Origin: the human T2T-CHM13v2.0 reference genome, Homo sapiens
DNA length: 64,000 bases
Assembly (NCBI RefSeq): GCF_009914755.1
Contig: NC_060937.1
Reading direction: 5' to 3' (one strand)
This document shows, in pieces, positions 27,786 through 40,425 of the stretch. A program made the position numbers and the translations under genes. The notes below the pieces were generated by a model, which saw nothing but the letters and a program-made list of their open reading frames with translations, had not been told where the DNA came from and searched no databases. How positions within the stretch are numbered: position 1 is the first letter of the stretch; each line of letters begins with the position of its first letter.

Positions 27786-28572
27786 CAAAGAAATTAGAAG
27801 GAAAATTTTACCTTCTGCAAGATTCTTTTTCATTTTCTACATTCAGCTGCTTTATGTTTTCTGTATAAATACATGTAAATCTAAAACTCAATCTACAATA
27901 GGAAGGTGATTTTACAGGCAAGATCTTTGAAACTGATGGTTTGAAATATATTAGGAAAAAAACGAAACTGTAAAGCAGTTATATAACCGTTTTAATGATG
28001 GGCAAAGGTAATACTTTATTCTTGTTATTGAAGTGAATAGACCTTATGGTACTTTATTTCTTGTTTCTGAAATGTCTAAGGTTTTGATACATTTAGACAT
28101 TTATTGAGGTAAATATTATTTATCTATGGGGTGAAGATATCAGTTATAAAGTCCTTAATTATTTTATTCATGTCACCTGCCTATTCATATAGATAGTGCT
28201 CATTTATTTAGGGTCTTTATAGAACTTCATTTCTTTCATATCCCCCAACTGATAATTATTAACATCATTTCTGAGCTTTATCACAAAGACCCCCCTGAAT
28301 ATTCCAAACTCTATTCATTTGACTGTACTCTTACTCAATTTTTATTTATTTATTTTTTTTGAAAAAAATACTTAGCTTTTGGTCACTTACTGTCGTATAC
28401 TAACACTTATTGTTAAATATTTCCATATTTAAACATCTTGTAAGAGAATAGGACCAATATATTGTGGGCCTCCGAGCTAATCTTAGTAGATACATTAAAA
28501 AGTACTGGTTAATTAATCAATTACGTGATTTATTATGAATTTCTCTGCTTCAAGTATTTTAGAAAACCTAAA

Positions 28573-28860
28573 GGCAGGAATTGGGGTGATGCAGCTAAAA
28601 CCCAAGGAACTAAGAATTGACAAAAAGTAATAGAAGCTAGAAGAAGCAAGGAAAGCATTATTTCCTAAAATCTTCAGAGGGAGCATGACCCTGCTAACAC
28701 CTTGGTTTCCAACTTCTAGCCTCCAGATGTGTGAAAGAAGGAATTATTTTTGTGGTAAGTCACCCAGCTTGCAGCACTTGACTCCAAAAGTACCAGGAAA
28801 TTAATATAGATTTTTCTGCTGAGCGGTGGAGTGCTGCTGTAATAAATACCTAGAAATGTT
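28573..28860 (+). mobile_element. MLT1C/D LTR 3' part plus start of MLT1 internal sequence
   Basis: cttcagagggagcatgaccctgctaacaccttg...ggaaattaatata followed by gtggagtgctgctgtaataaatacc. Confidence 0.7.
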
Positions 28861-29490
28861 TTCACTGATATGATTCTTCATGTCCGCGACTTTACCAGAA
28901 TTAACTAACATTCATATTTCTAGCAACATTCTGTATATGATGACATGTGTATTACCTTAGATGATATTACTTTTAACGGCAAAAACCGTGGTTACTTTTG
29001 CACCAACCTAGTAGAAACATTCTCTACCAACCTCTTCGCTTCCTACTAAGCCCTCATCAAAATCACATTTAACATCTATATTTCTACCAACAATCACTTC
29101 AAAGGAATCTATGCTTTATCTATCATATGCTTCAAAATCCTTCCAGCAGCTACCCATGACTTACCATGATTTTTGCTATTTGTTACTGCAGCACCCCACT
29201 TCTTAGTCAGCAGGACCATGCTCTCTCTGAAGGTTCTAGAAAAGTATTTTTCCTTGCCTCTTTCAGCATCTGGTGTCTGCTGGTAATCCTTGAAGCTTCT
29301 TGGCTTGTAATCCGTCACTCCAAGTTCTGCCTTTCATATGGTATTTTCCATATGAAAATTCCATATGAAATTTCACATGGTATTTTCCCTGCATGTCTTT
29401 GTAGGTCTTCTTATAAGAAAATAAGTCGATGGATTTAGGACCTTCTATAATTCAGTATAAACTCAACTAATTACATCTGCAAGGCCACTA
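28861..29490 (-). mobile_element. MLT1 internal sequence plus MLT1C-type LTR, antisense
   Basis: tatttgttactgcagcaccccacttc (antisense internal start), then cagcaggaccatgctctctctgaagg...aattacatctgcaagg. Confidence 0.65.
28966..29011. mobile_element. Half MADE1 (Hsmar1-derived MITE)
   Basis: attacttttaacggcaaaaaccgtggttacttttgcaccaaccta matches the spacer plus one MADE1 TIR. Confidence 0.85.
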
Positions 29491-29748
29491 CCTCCTTATG
29501 GATGTGGAAGTAAAATGTCTGTTAATAAAATACATTTTCATTTGTTCCATATTGTTTATATTCTTCTATATGTTTCGGGGATGGAAATTAGTGGAGCTGA
29601 AGTAAATCTGTTTTCTGATTCACCATGCAGAAGAAAAAAAAACTGGCATTTTTACTAGGTAAAAGTTACCACAAGAGCAAATAAAAAGAGACAAAATGGT
29701 CTTCCTTAAGATCTATAATGAGCTATCATAAAGCAGATAAATAATTAT

Positions 29749-29882
29749 GTAATTACAGTACTTTGGGAAAATGAGGTAGCAGGATTGCATGAGCCTATGA
29801 ATTTAAGGCTGCAGTGAACTATGTTCGAGCCACTGCTCTCCAGCCAGAGTCACAGAATGAGGCCCTTCCTAAAAAAAAAAAG
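29749..29882 (+). mobile_element. Alu monomer (FLAM)
   Basis: Diverged monomer (ctttgggaaaatgaggtagcaggattgcatgagcc...) with an A tail. Confidence 0.75.
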
Positions 29883-30930
29883 GAAAAGAAAAATATTAAG
29901 GGTAAATTATGTTAGGAAGGAATGTTGGAGTTGAAAACAGAATAGAACTTTCTAACAGTTAGTTCTAGTGAGTCCTTAATAGAAGTTAAATTTTGCTGAG
30001 TTATTTATAAAATTCATTCACATAGAGTGCCTTGGTGAGTCTTTAATATCATTAAAATATTATTATTCTTATCATTTTACCAACAGCATCCTAAATAAAA
30101 TTCATTTAACTACTATTACTAAATGTATTTCTCTTCTCTTTTACAGTAGCACAACTATTTCAAAACTTTCCTAAAAATGCACAAGTAGAGATTATTTTAT
30201 ATATGATAATATACTGTAAAATCAACTCTACAAATGTAAGTTATTTTCTTTGTGAAATAAAAACATGACTCATACAGATTTAATAAGCTGATAAGATCAC
30301 AATATGGATGAATATATTGATAAGGTCACAATATGGATTTATTTCCTCTCAGTTACCTCCTGCCTCTGAAGCTAATGTTCTGTCCATATAATCCCAGTAT
30401 CATATAAAATAGTTTTGTAGGGAGAAATGGTTGACTTAAATTGACACTAGACTTGATGATCTTAGAGTACTCATTCACTTAAAGATATTATTTTATGATT
30501 ACATTACAATTTAGAAATATAGTTACTAGATTGACGAATCATCAGTGATCCAGATACATCTTAAATAAGGTAACTTTTTAGTCTGTTGATGCAAGCAAGA
30601 AATAGTACATTGGCTGAAAATTGGTGAAACACTAAAGTACAAGAACAGGATTCAGAAAGCTTTTAAAATGTGATGATCCAGTGATCCAAGGTTGGCTCTA
30701 CTAGGCACATGTTTCCTAACTGAATTATTCTTATCAAACTTATCTCTTGTAGAATTATGTCAAGTAAGATTTGGAGATTGAGTTTATGATATGAGTATAA
30801 ACAGCCTATGGATGACTCTTGCCTATGTATTTTCTTTATATTCTGGAAATGGCTTCTTTATTACTTTATCTGAAATGCTACCTATTGAAGCTTCTGATTT
30901 TCAATTTTTCAATTACTCAATCTTCTAAAA

Positions 30931-31150
30931 CAGGGGTGTCCAATCTTTTGGCTTCCCTGTGCCACGTTGGAAGAAGAAGGATTGTCTTGGGCCACACATA
31001 AAGCACACTAACACTAACAATAGCTGATGAGCTAAAAAAATTGCAAAAAAATTTCACAATGTTTGAGAATTTTACAAATTTGTGTTGGACCTGAGCCTCA
31101 AAGCTGTCATGAGCCTCATGTGGCCGGGGGCCACAGGTTGGACAACCTTG
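30931..31150 (+). mobile_element. MER30 (hAT-Charlie)
   Basis: caggggtgtccaatcttttggcttccc...ggttggacaaccttg with a perfect 8-bp TSD ttctaaaa on both sides. Confidence 0.92.
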
Positions 31151-31940
31151 TTCTAAAACATTCAGCTTAGTGTGGCTGAAACCAAGTTAAAACCAACTTT
31201 TGTTCTGTGTTATTATATTTTGTTTGTTTGTTTGGAGATGACCACAACAAGGCTAAGAGTAAGAGTGATTCACTTAAGAGAATAAAGGGTAAGTGCATGG
31301 CCCAACGGACTAGAGAGGTTGATTTCTTGTGGTGCTCTGGCCAGCATTGGCTGTAGAAGGTTAACATGATGCCCAGGGGGAAATAAACACCAAAGAAGCA
31401 AAAGGGCCATGAATGCAAGGAAGCAAGAACCAAAAGACCATCTTTATCTCCTCTTAACTGCCAGCTTACCATTCTTTAATTATAACTTCTTACAAGTTGA
31501 TCTCTACAAATTCTTCCTGCTTCATTTTCCTTTGTTTTAATGCCACTTAGAAAATTTTCCATGAGGATTGCTGAGTCTGCCATGGACAAGTAGGTAGATA
31601 AGTTTTAGCATTCCTGCCCCTTCAAAGGCAGACAGTGAGTGAAAGATTTCAGCTTACACGAGCGGCAGCATCTACTTTCACACTGTGTGGGAGAGTAATA
31701 TAAAGGTGGAGCCTGCATACCCTTGTGACCAGCAAGTGTATTATGCATGCCATTGGCTGTCACTACACAGCAGCGAAGACAGAGCAGAGCTGTGAGTATT
31801 TGTACAGAGTAATGTTAGGGCACACTGAAAAAATGTGACCTCTTTCTTAATGAAAGTATAAGAGCATTGCCTAGAGTAGGCTTTACAGATGTGTTTGTAT
31901 CAAAAGAGAACAGGCAGCTGAGTTAAAATTCCAAAGCATT

Positions 31941-32239
<299 letters not shown>

Positions 32240-32734
32240 TTAGGAATTATATGTTTCAAATTAAAGCAAACTTTATGAAGCATACATTATATTGTTAATT
32301 TTCAATTGCTTAAATTGATTAATTCAAAATTAGTCAAATGTATTCCTTACTTTGTTTTCATAACTATCGTTAATATGATGTTCCAAGTCTGTATTTGGAT
32401 AAAGAGTCATTATTAAAGCACCTCAGTGGTGTCTAAAATACAAAAGTTTCTCACTAAATATTTATTTCAAATTAAATAAAATCTAAAACATGGATAATTC
32501 AGACATGCAAAATATCAAAGATTACTTTTTATAGTGATCATAGGTTTAATACATAATTAGAAGCTAAAATAAACATATCCGAAATTAAAACAATATGATA
32601 ACTGTGAGGTAAGTGTCCAATGTTTGAAAATGAGAACGTGGTATTTGCTTCGATCAAATAAGTAATATTCAAGTTTTAAAACACTTTCCTAAAATCATTG
32701 TGACGTGAAGGCTGATAAGCCAATAGAAGCAAGA

Positions 32735-32925
32735 ATTTTCCAAGTCAGGAAATCTGAGCTTGTCCATTACTATGTGTGTGATTCTGGGCAGTTTAAATTT
32801 CTGAGCCTCATTATCTTTATTGGGAATAGCAGTATTACCTGCAGCTTTTATATCAGGATGAAACTAACTATATGCAAACCATCTACTACTGGGTATAGGT
32901 GCTTGGTAGGCAAACACTAAGTTTA
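32735..32925 (+). mobile_element. MIR
   Basis: actatgtgtgtgattctgggcagtttaaatttctgagcctcatt core. Confidence 0.55.
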
Positions 32926-33239
32926 ACTTTCTATAAATATCATTAATGGAAACTAGTATATAATGCAGGCCTTAAAAAAAGACCACAGCTAAGAAGGCTC
33001 CTACTAGGCTCATTGTTTTACGTTCATACTCCACAGTCTTATAGATAATTCAGGCCCAACGATAGTAATCTTTATCATTTGGCAAAATTCTATCTTATAT
33101 GTTATGGTCCCTCAAACATGCAGTAATGTGTAGCATTAATGGACATCAAGTATTAAATGTAAAGGCTAAAATGAAATATATTGTAAATAAATAAATTATT
33201 TTTAAATTGTAGGTGATTTTAAAAAATCTTTCATATATT

Positions 33240-34709
33240 GTCTTTTCAAGAAACAGTGGTGGAACAAGTGGGCATTTACGTGCAAATAAATGATCTAGAT
33301 ACAGACCTTACAACCTTCACAAAAATTAAATCAAAATGGATCATATACCTCAATGTAAAATGCAAAACAAAAATTCTGAGAAGATAACATAGAAAATCTA
33401 GATGATCTTGGGCATGGAGATGACTTTATACAGGTACCACCAAAGGCACTATTTTAAAAAAACATTATACACTAGACTTAATTAAAATTAAAAACTTCTG
33501 CTCTGTAAATGACACTGTCAAGCAAATGGGAAAACAAGCCATAGACTGGCATAGAATAAGTACAAAACAAAACAAATCTAATAAAAGATTTTTACCTAAA
33601 TTATACAAAGAACTCTTAAAATTCAACAAAAAGAAAATGAACATTTGGATAAAAAAGAGGAAAAGACCTAAACAGATAACCTCAGCAAAGAAGGTATATG
33701 TATGGCCATAAATATATGGAAAGATGATCCACATTACATGTCATCAGGGAAATGTAAATTAAGACAACAATGCGGAGCTTGCAGTGAGCCGGGATAGCGC
33801 CACTGCAGTCCAGCTTGGGCGAAAGAGTGAGACTCCGTCTCAAAAAACAAAAAACAAACAAACAAACAAAAAAGACAACAATGAGATAAAATTAGAATGG
33901 TCAAAAGTCAGACAACTGAAAACACCAAGAGCTGATGAGGATGTGGAACAACAATTCTTCATTCATTGTTGGTGGGAATGCAAAATTGTACAGCCACTTT
34001 AGTAGACGGTTAGTTGCTTAGAAAGCAAAACATAGACTTATTATGATATGCAATCCAGCAATCACGTTCCTTGGTATTATTTACCCAAATGTGTTGAAAA
34101 TGCATATCCGTGCAAAAATCTCCACACAAATGCTTATAGCAGCTTTATTTATATTTGTCAAATCTTGGAAGAAACCAAGAATTTCTTTAGTAAGTAAATG
34201 GGTAAATAAGTTGTGGTACGTCATGGAATATTATTCAGTGCCCAGGAAGAAATGAGCTGTCAAGAAATGAAAGGACATTGAGGAATCTTTAATGTGTATT
34301 ACTGAGTGAAAGAAGCCAGTTTGAAAAGGATATATATTATGATTCCAACTCTATGACATTCTAGAAAACACAAAACTATCACAGCAGTAAAAAGATCAAT
34401 AACTAGACAAAGCTCAGGCAGTTTTTAGGACAGTGACACCATTCTACAGAATACTACAATTGTGGGGACGTTGGTCAAAACCCACAGAATATAGAAAAAT
34501 GAACACTAACGTAAACAGTTCACTTTGGGTGATAATAATGTGTAAAAGTAGGTTCATTAATTATAACAAATGCACCATCTTGTTGCTAGATATTGATAGC
34601 TGGGGAGGCTGTGCTTGTGTGGGAACAAGGGATATATGGCAACTCTGTACTTTTTAGTCAACTTTGCTGTGAACCCAAAACTGCTCTAAAAAATAAAGTC
34701 CATTTAAAA
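33240..34709 (+). mobile_element. L1MC-type 3' region
   Basis: ORF2 C-terminal remnants (HCWWECKIVQPL) and 3' end tgtgaacccaaaactgctctaaaaaataaagtc. Confidence 0.85.
33773..33871 (+). mobile_element. Severely 5'-truncated AluY-lineage element inside the L1MC
   Basis: About 70 bp of Alu 3' end plus an (AAAC)-rich tail; perfect 12-bp TSD aagacaacaatg (33761-33772 and 33872-33883). Confidence 0.92.
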
Positions 34710-36983
34710 GGGAACAAAATTCCTCACACTATATGGGTGTCTCTTTAGGATTCAAATGACCCATTCATTGAGATAGTAATCTTTAACTTACAAGCTGCAC
34801 CATGAAAACAAAGGTTACTACAGTCAGATATCTTAAAACATTAAAACATGAAAATATCTGTCACCATAATCTTTGTGTATATGATAATTCTAATAACACT
34901 TAAATCACATATTGTTTATAGAAGTTTTAAATTAATGTATTATCATTAGAACTGTCTGTATTTTAACTACTTTGTCAATATTTTATTCTATGAAATAAAA
35001 CATAAATTCCTAAAAGTTGGTATTGATAAATAGTAATTAAGTATTCAGAATTAGAAAAAAGAAACCAAACAATGAGTTTCTGGTTGCCAGATGTACATGT
35101 TGTTCAGTCTGATAAATCAGTCAGCATTTGTAAAGCTGTATCTAAAATCTGCTAATATATCATTCTGAATAATCTAGAATTAGGTACTCCATGACTAAAG
35201 TTAGTGAAATATCTCCATTTTTTTCAATAAGATGTTAAAAACTCACAGTGTCCTACCTAAACATAGAAGCAGCGTGTGCACAATGGCAAAACGTACGTTT
35301 TCTGTGATTTCACATGCCCTGTAAATATGTTTGATTATAACAAGAGTCTGATGAGGACCACTGCCCTGAGAATAAAGCAAAACAATGTAAATTAACAGCA
35401 TCAATCAAACAGGGTTCCAATTCTGGCCTTGTTACTCTCACTACTTATATAGTGCTAGGCAAACCCCTTAGCTCCTTCATTTTCTAAAAGAGAAAGTTAG
35501 AATTGATAAAGTTTATGATGTGCTTATATCTAGGAATTGTGTTTGCTGTATCACAGTGCATTGTTTTCTTCAAATATATATTCGTTAAACCAAAGTACTT
35601 CGGAATGCTAGGAACAGGCCCAAATTGTGTCCATGGAAAACTTACTGGATGAAACCATACGTAGCATTTAAACTGATCTGATTTTTGAGGATCAGAACTC
35701 CTTTGAACCCTAATGTTAACTTTCTTCTACTATGTATTGCTATATTAACATATGGCATTATTTATTATGCAAAGACAATAACAAGGGCTTATAAGTCTTT
35801 TGATTACTTACAACACCAAGGAAATGGATGAAAATACACTTAACATACATTCACTAATGGTGATTTCATCACTGATAACAATATGAGTTTAAAATAAATC
35901 AAGTTCATTTTGGCAAGAATGATTATTTTTGTGTGTAGTGTCTCTTCAAGACTTCTATAAAACCAAATACAATGAAATGCCATTTCAATGCCCAGAAATT
36001 TTCTACAAGACAAGCAATTCAAAATACCTTACTCATTATATAATCCATTTTCTCACTGGTAGAACCTAAGAGATGTGAAGAGGCAAATAATTACCTGTGG
36101 AAGGTCAGGTCTTCCTGCTCTTCCTGTTTCAAAATTCTAAACCAAAAGTACTCTTTTTAGAAAGTGTACAATTTTAAATAATTTAAATTGGAAATACGTG
36201 AACCTGTGTGTGTGTAAATTGTTGTTTTGAATTGTTTCCTTTCTTCATTCACTAATCTGCTGAAAGACATTTACTAACAGAAGAGTATTTGTCTATTTGA
36301 TTTTGCTTTCAAAGCAGCTAGAAGAGGATTTTACATCTGGCAGTCTTCTTTATGTTACCTATACATAAGAATTAATGCAAATATAATAAATAAAATTTGC
36401 CTTTTAAAAAAAGCTAGTTGTAAGACAGATAATGTTTTTTTCCAAAAAATATTTGGTTGTTAAATAATATAATTATCAATGTGATCATTCTTGATGTGGC
36501 TGCCAGATATAAGACCACTCCTCCTGAGAAAGTCTTTTAATTGTGTCTTATTTTACAATAAAAGCTTGTCCTTTTATGATACCCCAACTTCTTCATAGAA
36601 GTGCTCTACAGGGAAAAGAAATAGAGAAGAACCCTCAAATTCACTGTAAAACCATTTCTTAACTACCAGGAGATTCAGCCTTCCCTTCCCAAATAGTTAC
36701 CACTTGTATACACATGGGCAATTTTCTTTTTATGTAGAAAACAATCTCCTAAAATAATCTTGCAGAAACTCATATATGGGGAACCTTGGTGAGCTGTCTT
36801 TGGATATTTGTGTTGATTTTTATTAAAAAATAAACAGTTTATGGCAAAACAATTATTCAAGTTGGTAGTATTCCTCTTCTTAAAAAGTGCTGTTGATTAC
36901 ATAGTTATTAGCTATCATAAAATAATGAAAAATGCAAAATAAATTACATGTATATTGAGATGACTTACCACATCTTTATTAGG

Positions 36984-37055
36984 TCTCTCTCTCTCTCTCA
37001 CCTGTTTTTGTATGTGTGTGTGTGTGTGTTTGTACATACATATACATATAATATA
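36984..37055. repeat. (TC)n, (TG)n and (TA)-rich simple repeats
   Basis: Read directly from the sequence. Confidence 0.8.
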
Positions 37056-39124
37056 TGGAAGGGCATAAAGGAAGAGAATAAACCATTATTTTTAAAAGTG
37101 TCATTTTAATGACAAAGGGATGCTCGTGTCACATTCTTTAATCCTGAATCAAGGATTAAGCATTTTTAATTAATTGGGCAAAGGCATTCAGGCAGCTTAA
37201 GGCAGCTTAGATAGTGCTGCAGTTTATTTAATATTATAGCAGCAGGGAAGGGCTTTCTCTCCTCCATGATATAAGAGATCCTTTCAAAGAGGGTAACATC
37301 ACTGATATAATTCTTTCTTATAGAGAGGAAAATTTCCATCCCATTGATGGAGATAAATGAAAGATATCAGAAGAACACTTTTATAAATTTACAGTAAGTA
37401 ATTTCATGTAATTTAGTAAAAAATGGTTTGTTAAATAAGTATTAATACAACCAATATCAAATAAATTGACTTATATTAAAAAGATTTATCCAGGATGATT
37501 ATACACTACTACCACTATATTACAAAATTTCATTTTTTGGACATGAGTCATAAATTGCATTGATGTGCAGTGGGCAAAATGTAACTTCTGTTTAAATCAA
37601 GAAGCAAAGCTAAGATAATTAAAAGTCTACTTTTTTTTTTTTTTAATGGCCAGTTTCAGGTGAATAACGCTGAGGATACTGAAAGAGGAATTGGAATTCT
37701 GAATCTGTCAATTAGCTGCTGAAAGAGACCAAATTGATTGCTTAAGTGAACAATCAAACAAGGAGTATAATAAAAGTTATTCTTTAGTGGGAAGGAGAAG
37801 AAATTGGAAATTCAGGTCAAATAATCAAAGTTCTGAGAAAGTCTCATAGATCCCAAAGAATTAGAGACCATCATTACCTTTCTCAATTCTCAACAACCAG
37901 TAGGAAAACAAATTCCACAAAGAGTCGTGAATGAAACATTTAAACCGTTAAAATCTCTTGTTTTTGGAAACGATTGTAATTTCCATGTCAGTTTTAAGTT
38001 ACATTCAGAATAAGGATTGTACTTTGATTTTGGGGATATACTTACATGGCTTCTTAAACAACTTTGTTCCTCTTCATTATAAGTTAAAGAGTGAACATTA
38101 TTACTTTAGGCAATTAACGACAAATAAAGATTAAAGAAATATTTCCCCCATCCCAAAGAAAAGAATGTTCTTGAGGGCATGTCTCTGTCTGCATTCATAG
38201 ATCCCTTCCAAGCGTTCTCCAGGCATTGGAATATCTTAAGTCTTCCTAATACCTCTATGTACCTGATCAGAATTAGAAAATATTGGCAGATACTGGACTG
38301 AGTAAAAGAAGGGCAATAACATGAATTCTGGCCTTTATTTGTTCTTCTCTTGAGAATGTAATTTTAAAAATAATGTTTTGGAGATTTTACTATTTACCAT
38401 GCTGAATATTTTTTAGTAGATAAACATCCAGCATTTCATATGCACACACATTTTCCCTTAGAAATTATTATTTAAAGAATTTCCACCTTTATGCTTCCAA
38501 ACTTTGGAAGCTAATGAAGAAATGTTGGTTTTCAATAAACCTTTTAATACATAACTCTTGATTGATTTTCATTAATATCTACAATAACTTAAAGAAAAAA
38601 GCTCATGATATGATTTTACATTACTTATAGTCTTCATACTATGCAGCACAGCCCATATTGTTTTTATCAACAAGAAGGCTTCTTATTAAAAATAAAATAA
38701 ATAATGTATATTCTGCCATTAGTGCAAAGTTGGATATTAAAAGCCAAAATATTTAATAGACCATTTAAGAATCACTGAAATATTGTGGAGTAAATTGAAG
38801 GGAGTACTTCCTTATGGAAAATGTGTTCCTTCATAGCCCAGTACATGACTCTGTGTGGTGTTCAGAAAACATTCCCAGATTACCTTGACTAATTTCACTT
38901 TGCCTTGTGAAAGTGTGCAGGTATGATTGATTCTATAATTAGAAACGATAGAAATAAAACATTTCCTTTTACGTTGCATTAGAAAATGATTTGCTTGAAA
39001 GGGAAAACTGCTAGACATACTTTAAATTTGGCTCCCTGTTAAGCATACCAAAAATCAAATAGTCTTTTTCACAACATGAACAAGATACTTCTGTGTGTAA
39101 ACAACAAATAGAAACCTCCTGCAG

Positions 39125-39165
39125 TGTGTGTGTGTGTGTGTCTGTATGTTTGTGTGTATGTGTGT
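39125..39165. repeat. Imperfect (TG)n just beyond the SLITRK6 poly(A) site
   Basis: Read directly from the sequence. Confidence 0.8.
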
Positions 39166-39229
39166 TAATCCTTACTTGATTGCATGACAAGTAAAGCTTG
39201 TCGTGCATTTAAGAAAGCACATTTAAAAA

Positions 39230-40425
39230 AGAGTTTTCATTTTAGTTTTATTGTAGTGAGTAGTATTTTTAATTTTCTTGAAAGGCACCCAAGAATAATT
39301 ACTTTTGTGAACCAAAAATATATAAAACTGTACAGAATAAATATTTCATAGAAATCTAACTATGCCTTCTTGTAAAATAAAGCTACATTGTCCCTCTCTT
39401 GAGGCAACTTAAACCACTTACCTTTAGAAGTGCCTTTTGCTACTGATTTATGGCATCTATCAATGTACATCAATAAAAATAAAATAATTTTTCCTATTTA
39501 CTTTACAACTGTGAATTACTTGCCACAAGAAATGTATTTCTATTATGGTCATTCAGATTTACAAAGAATTAAGCCTATGAAATAAAGCAAACCCAATATA
39601 TTCTCTAGTCATATTTACAGCAGAATCTCAGTAGCATTTTTAAAATATCCCAAGAAGAAGAATTAAACTTTGAGCATAAATGACATACTTTAGTTCACAG
39701 CAGCACTGACATTAAAATTGTCTACACAAAATGTGTAGAAAACCCAAAAAGTATGCTTATTTCTTCCACCTGAACTATTAATCATTTTAACTTTTTAATT
39801 TAGAATGCATGAGAGTGGCATTTGTTTAAGCTCAAATGTTCAAAGTTTTGAGCCACCCATGGCCTATATAATTGCAACCTTTCTATTTTTTCTTCACTAT
39901 TACTATTTATAATTGTCAAGTTCCAGTTTCTTTTGCATTTATTGCAAGAAAGTTAGGTATGTTTGACAATACACATTTTTGAAGTACATACTGGTTATAA
40001 ACAATGTATTCCTTACATATTATAACTACATATACAAGTATGGTTTTTAAATGATGAAATCCAATTGTAATTAATCTATAGGGAAAGCAATTCAAGAAAA
40101 TTCGGGATACTTAAATGTTCAGCCTTTTTAGATGTGCAAGAGGACTCCTATGAGACACTTTTCAGTATATGAAATATTACTATAACCCTTGAATGATTTA
40201 CATGCAAGGATTTATTTTATTTGGGACAGACTAAATTGCCTGAAGATAATGCCATGGCTTCTCCCAGTGATCCCTGAGTTTCTTTTCTTCTTCTTTTTTT
40301 TTCCCCATAGTTTACTGCTGTGCTTAGGTTCTGATTGATGACACACTCACGTAAGGCACTTATTTACAAGGTATGGACTTAAAACAGAATCACAGCATTT
40401 CTGCGAAAGCCCTCAAACTCTCCAT
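39230..40425 (-). other. SLITRK6: SLITRK6 3' UTR (about 1.2 kb; end approximate)
   Basis: Repeat-free AU-rich sequence between the stop codon and the AATAAA at 39247-39252. Confidence 0.7.
39247..39252 (-). terminator. Polyadenylation signal AATAAA
   Basis: tttatt on the + strand, followed on the minus strand by a U/GU-rich tract (ctcttttttaaatgtgctttc). Confidence 0.65.
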
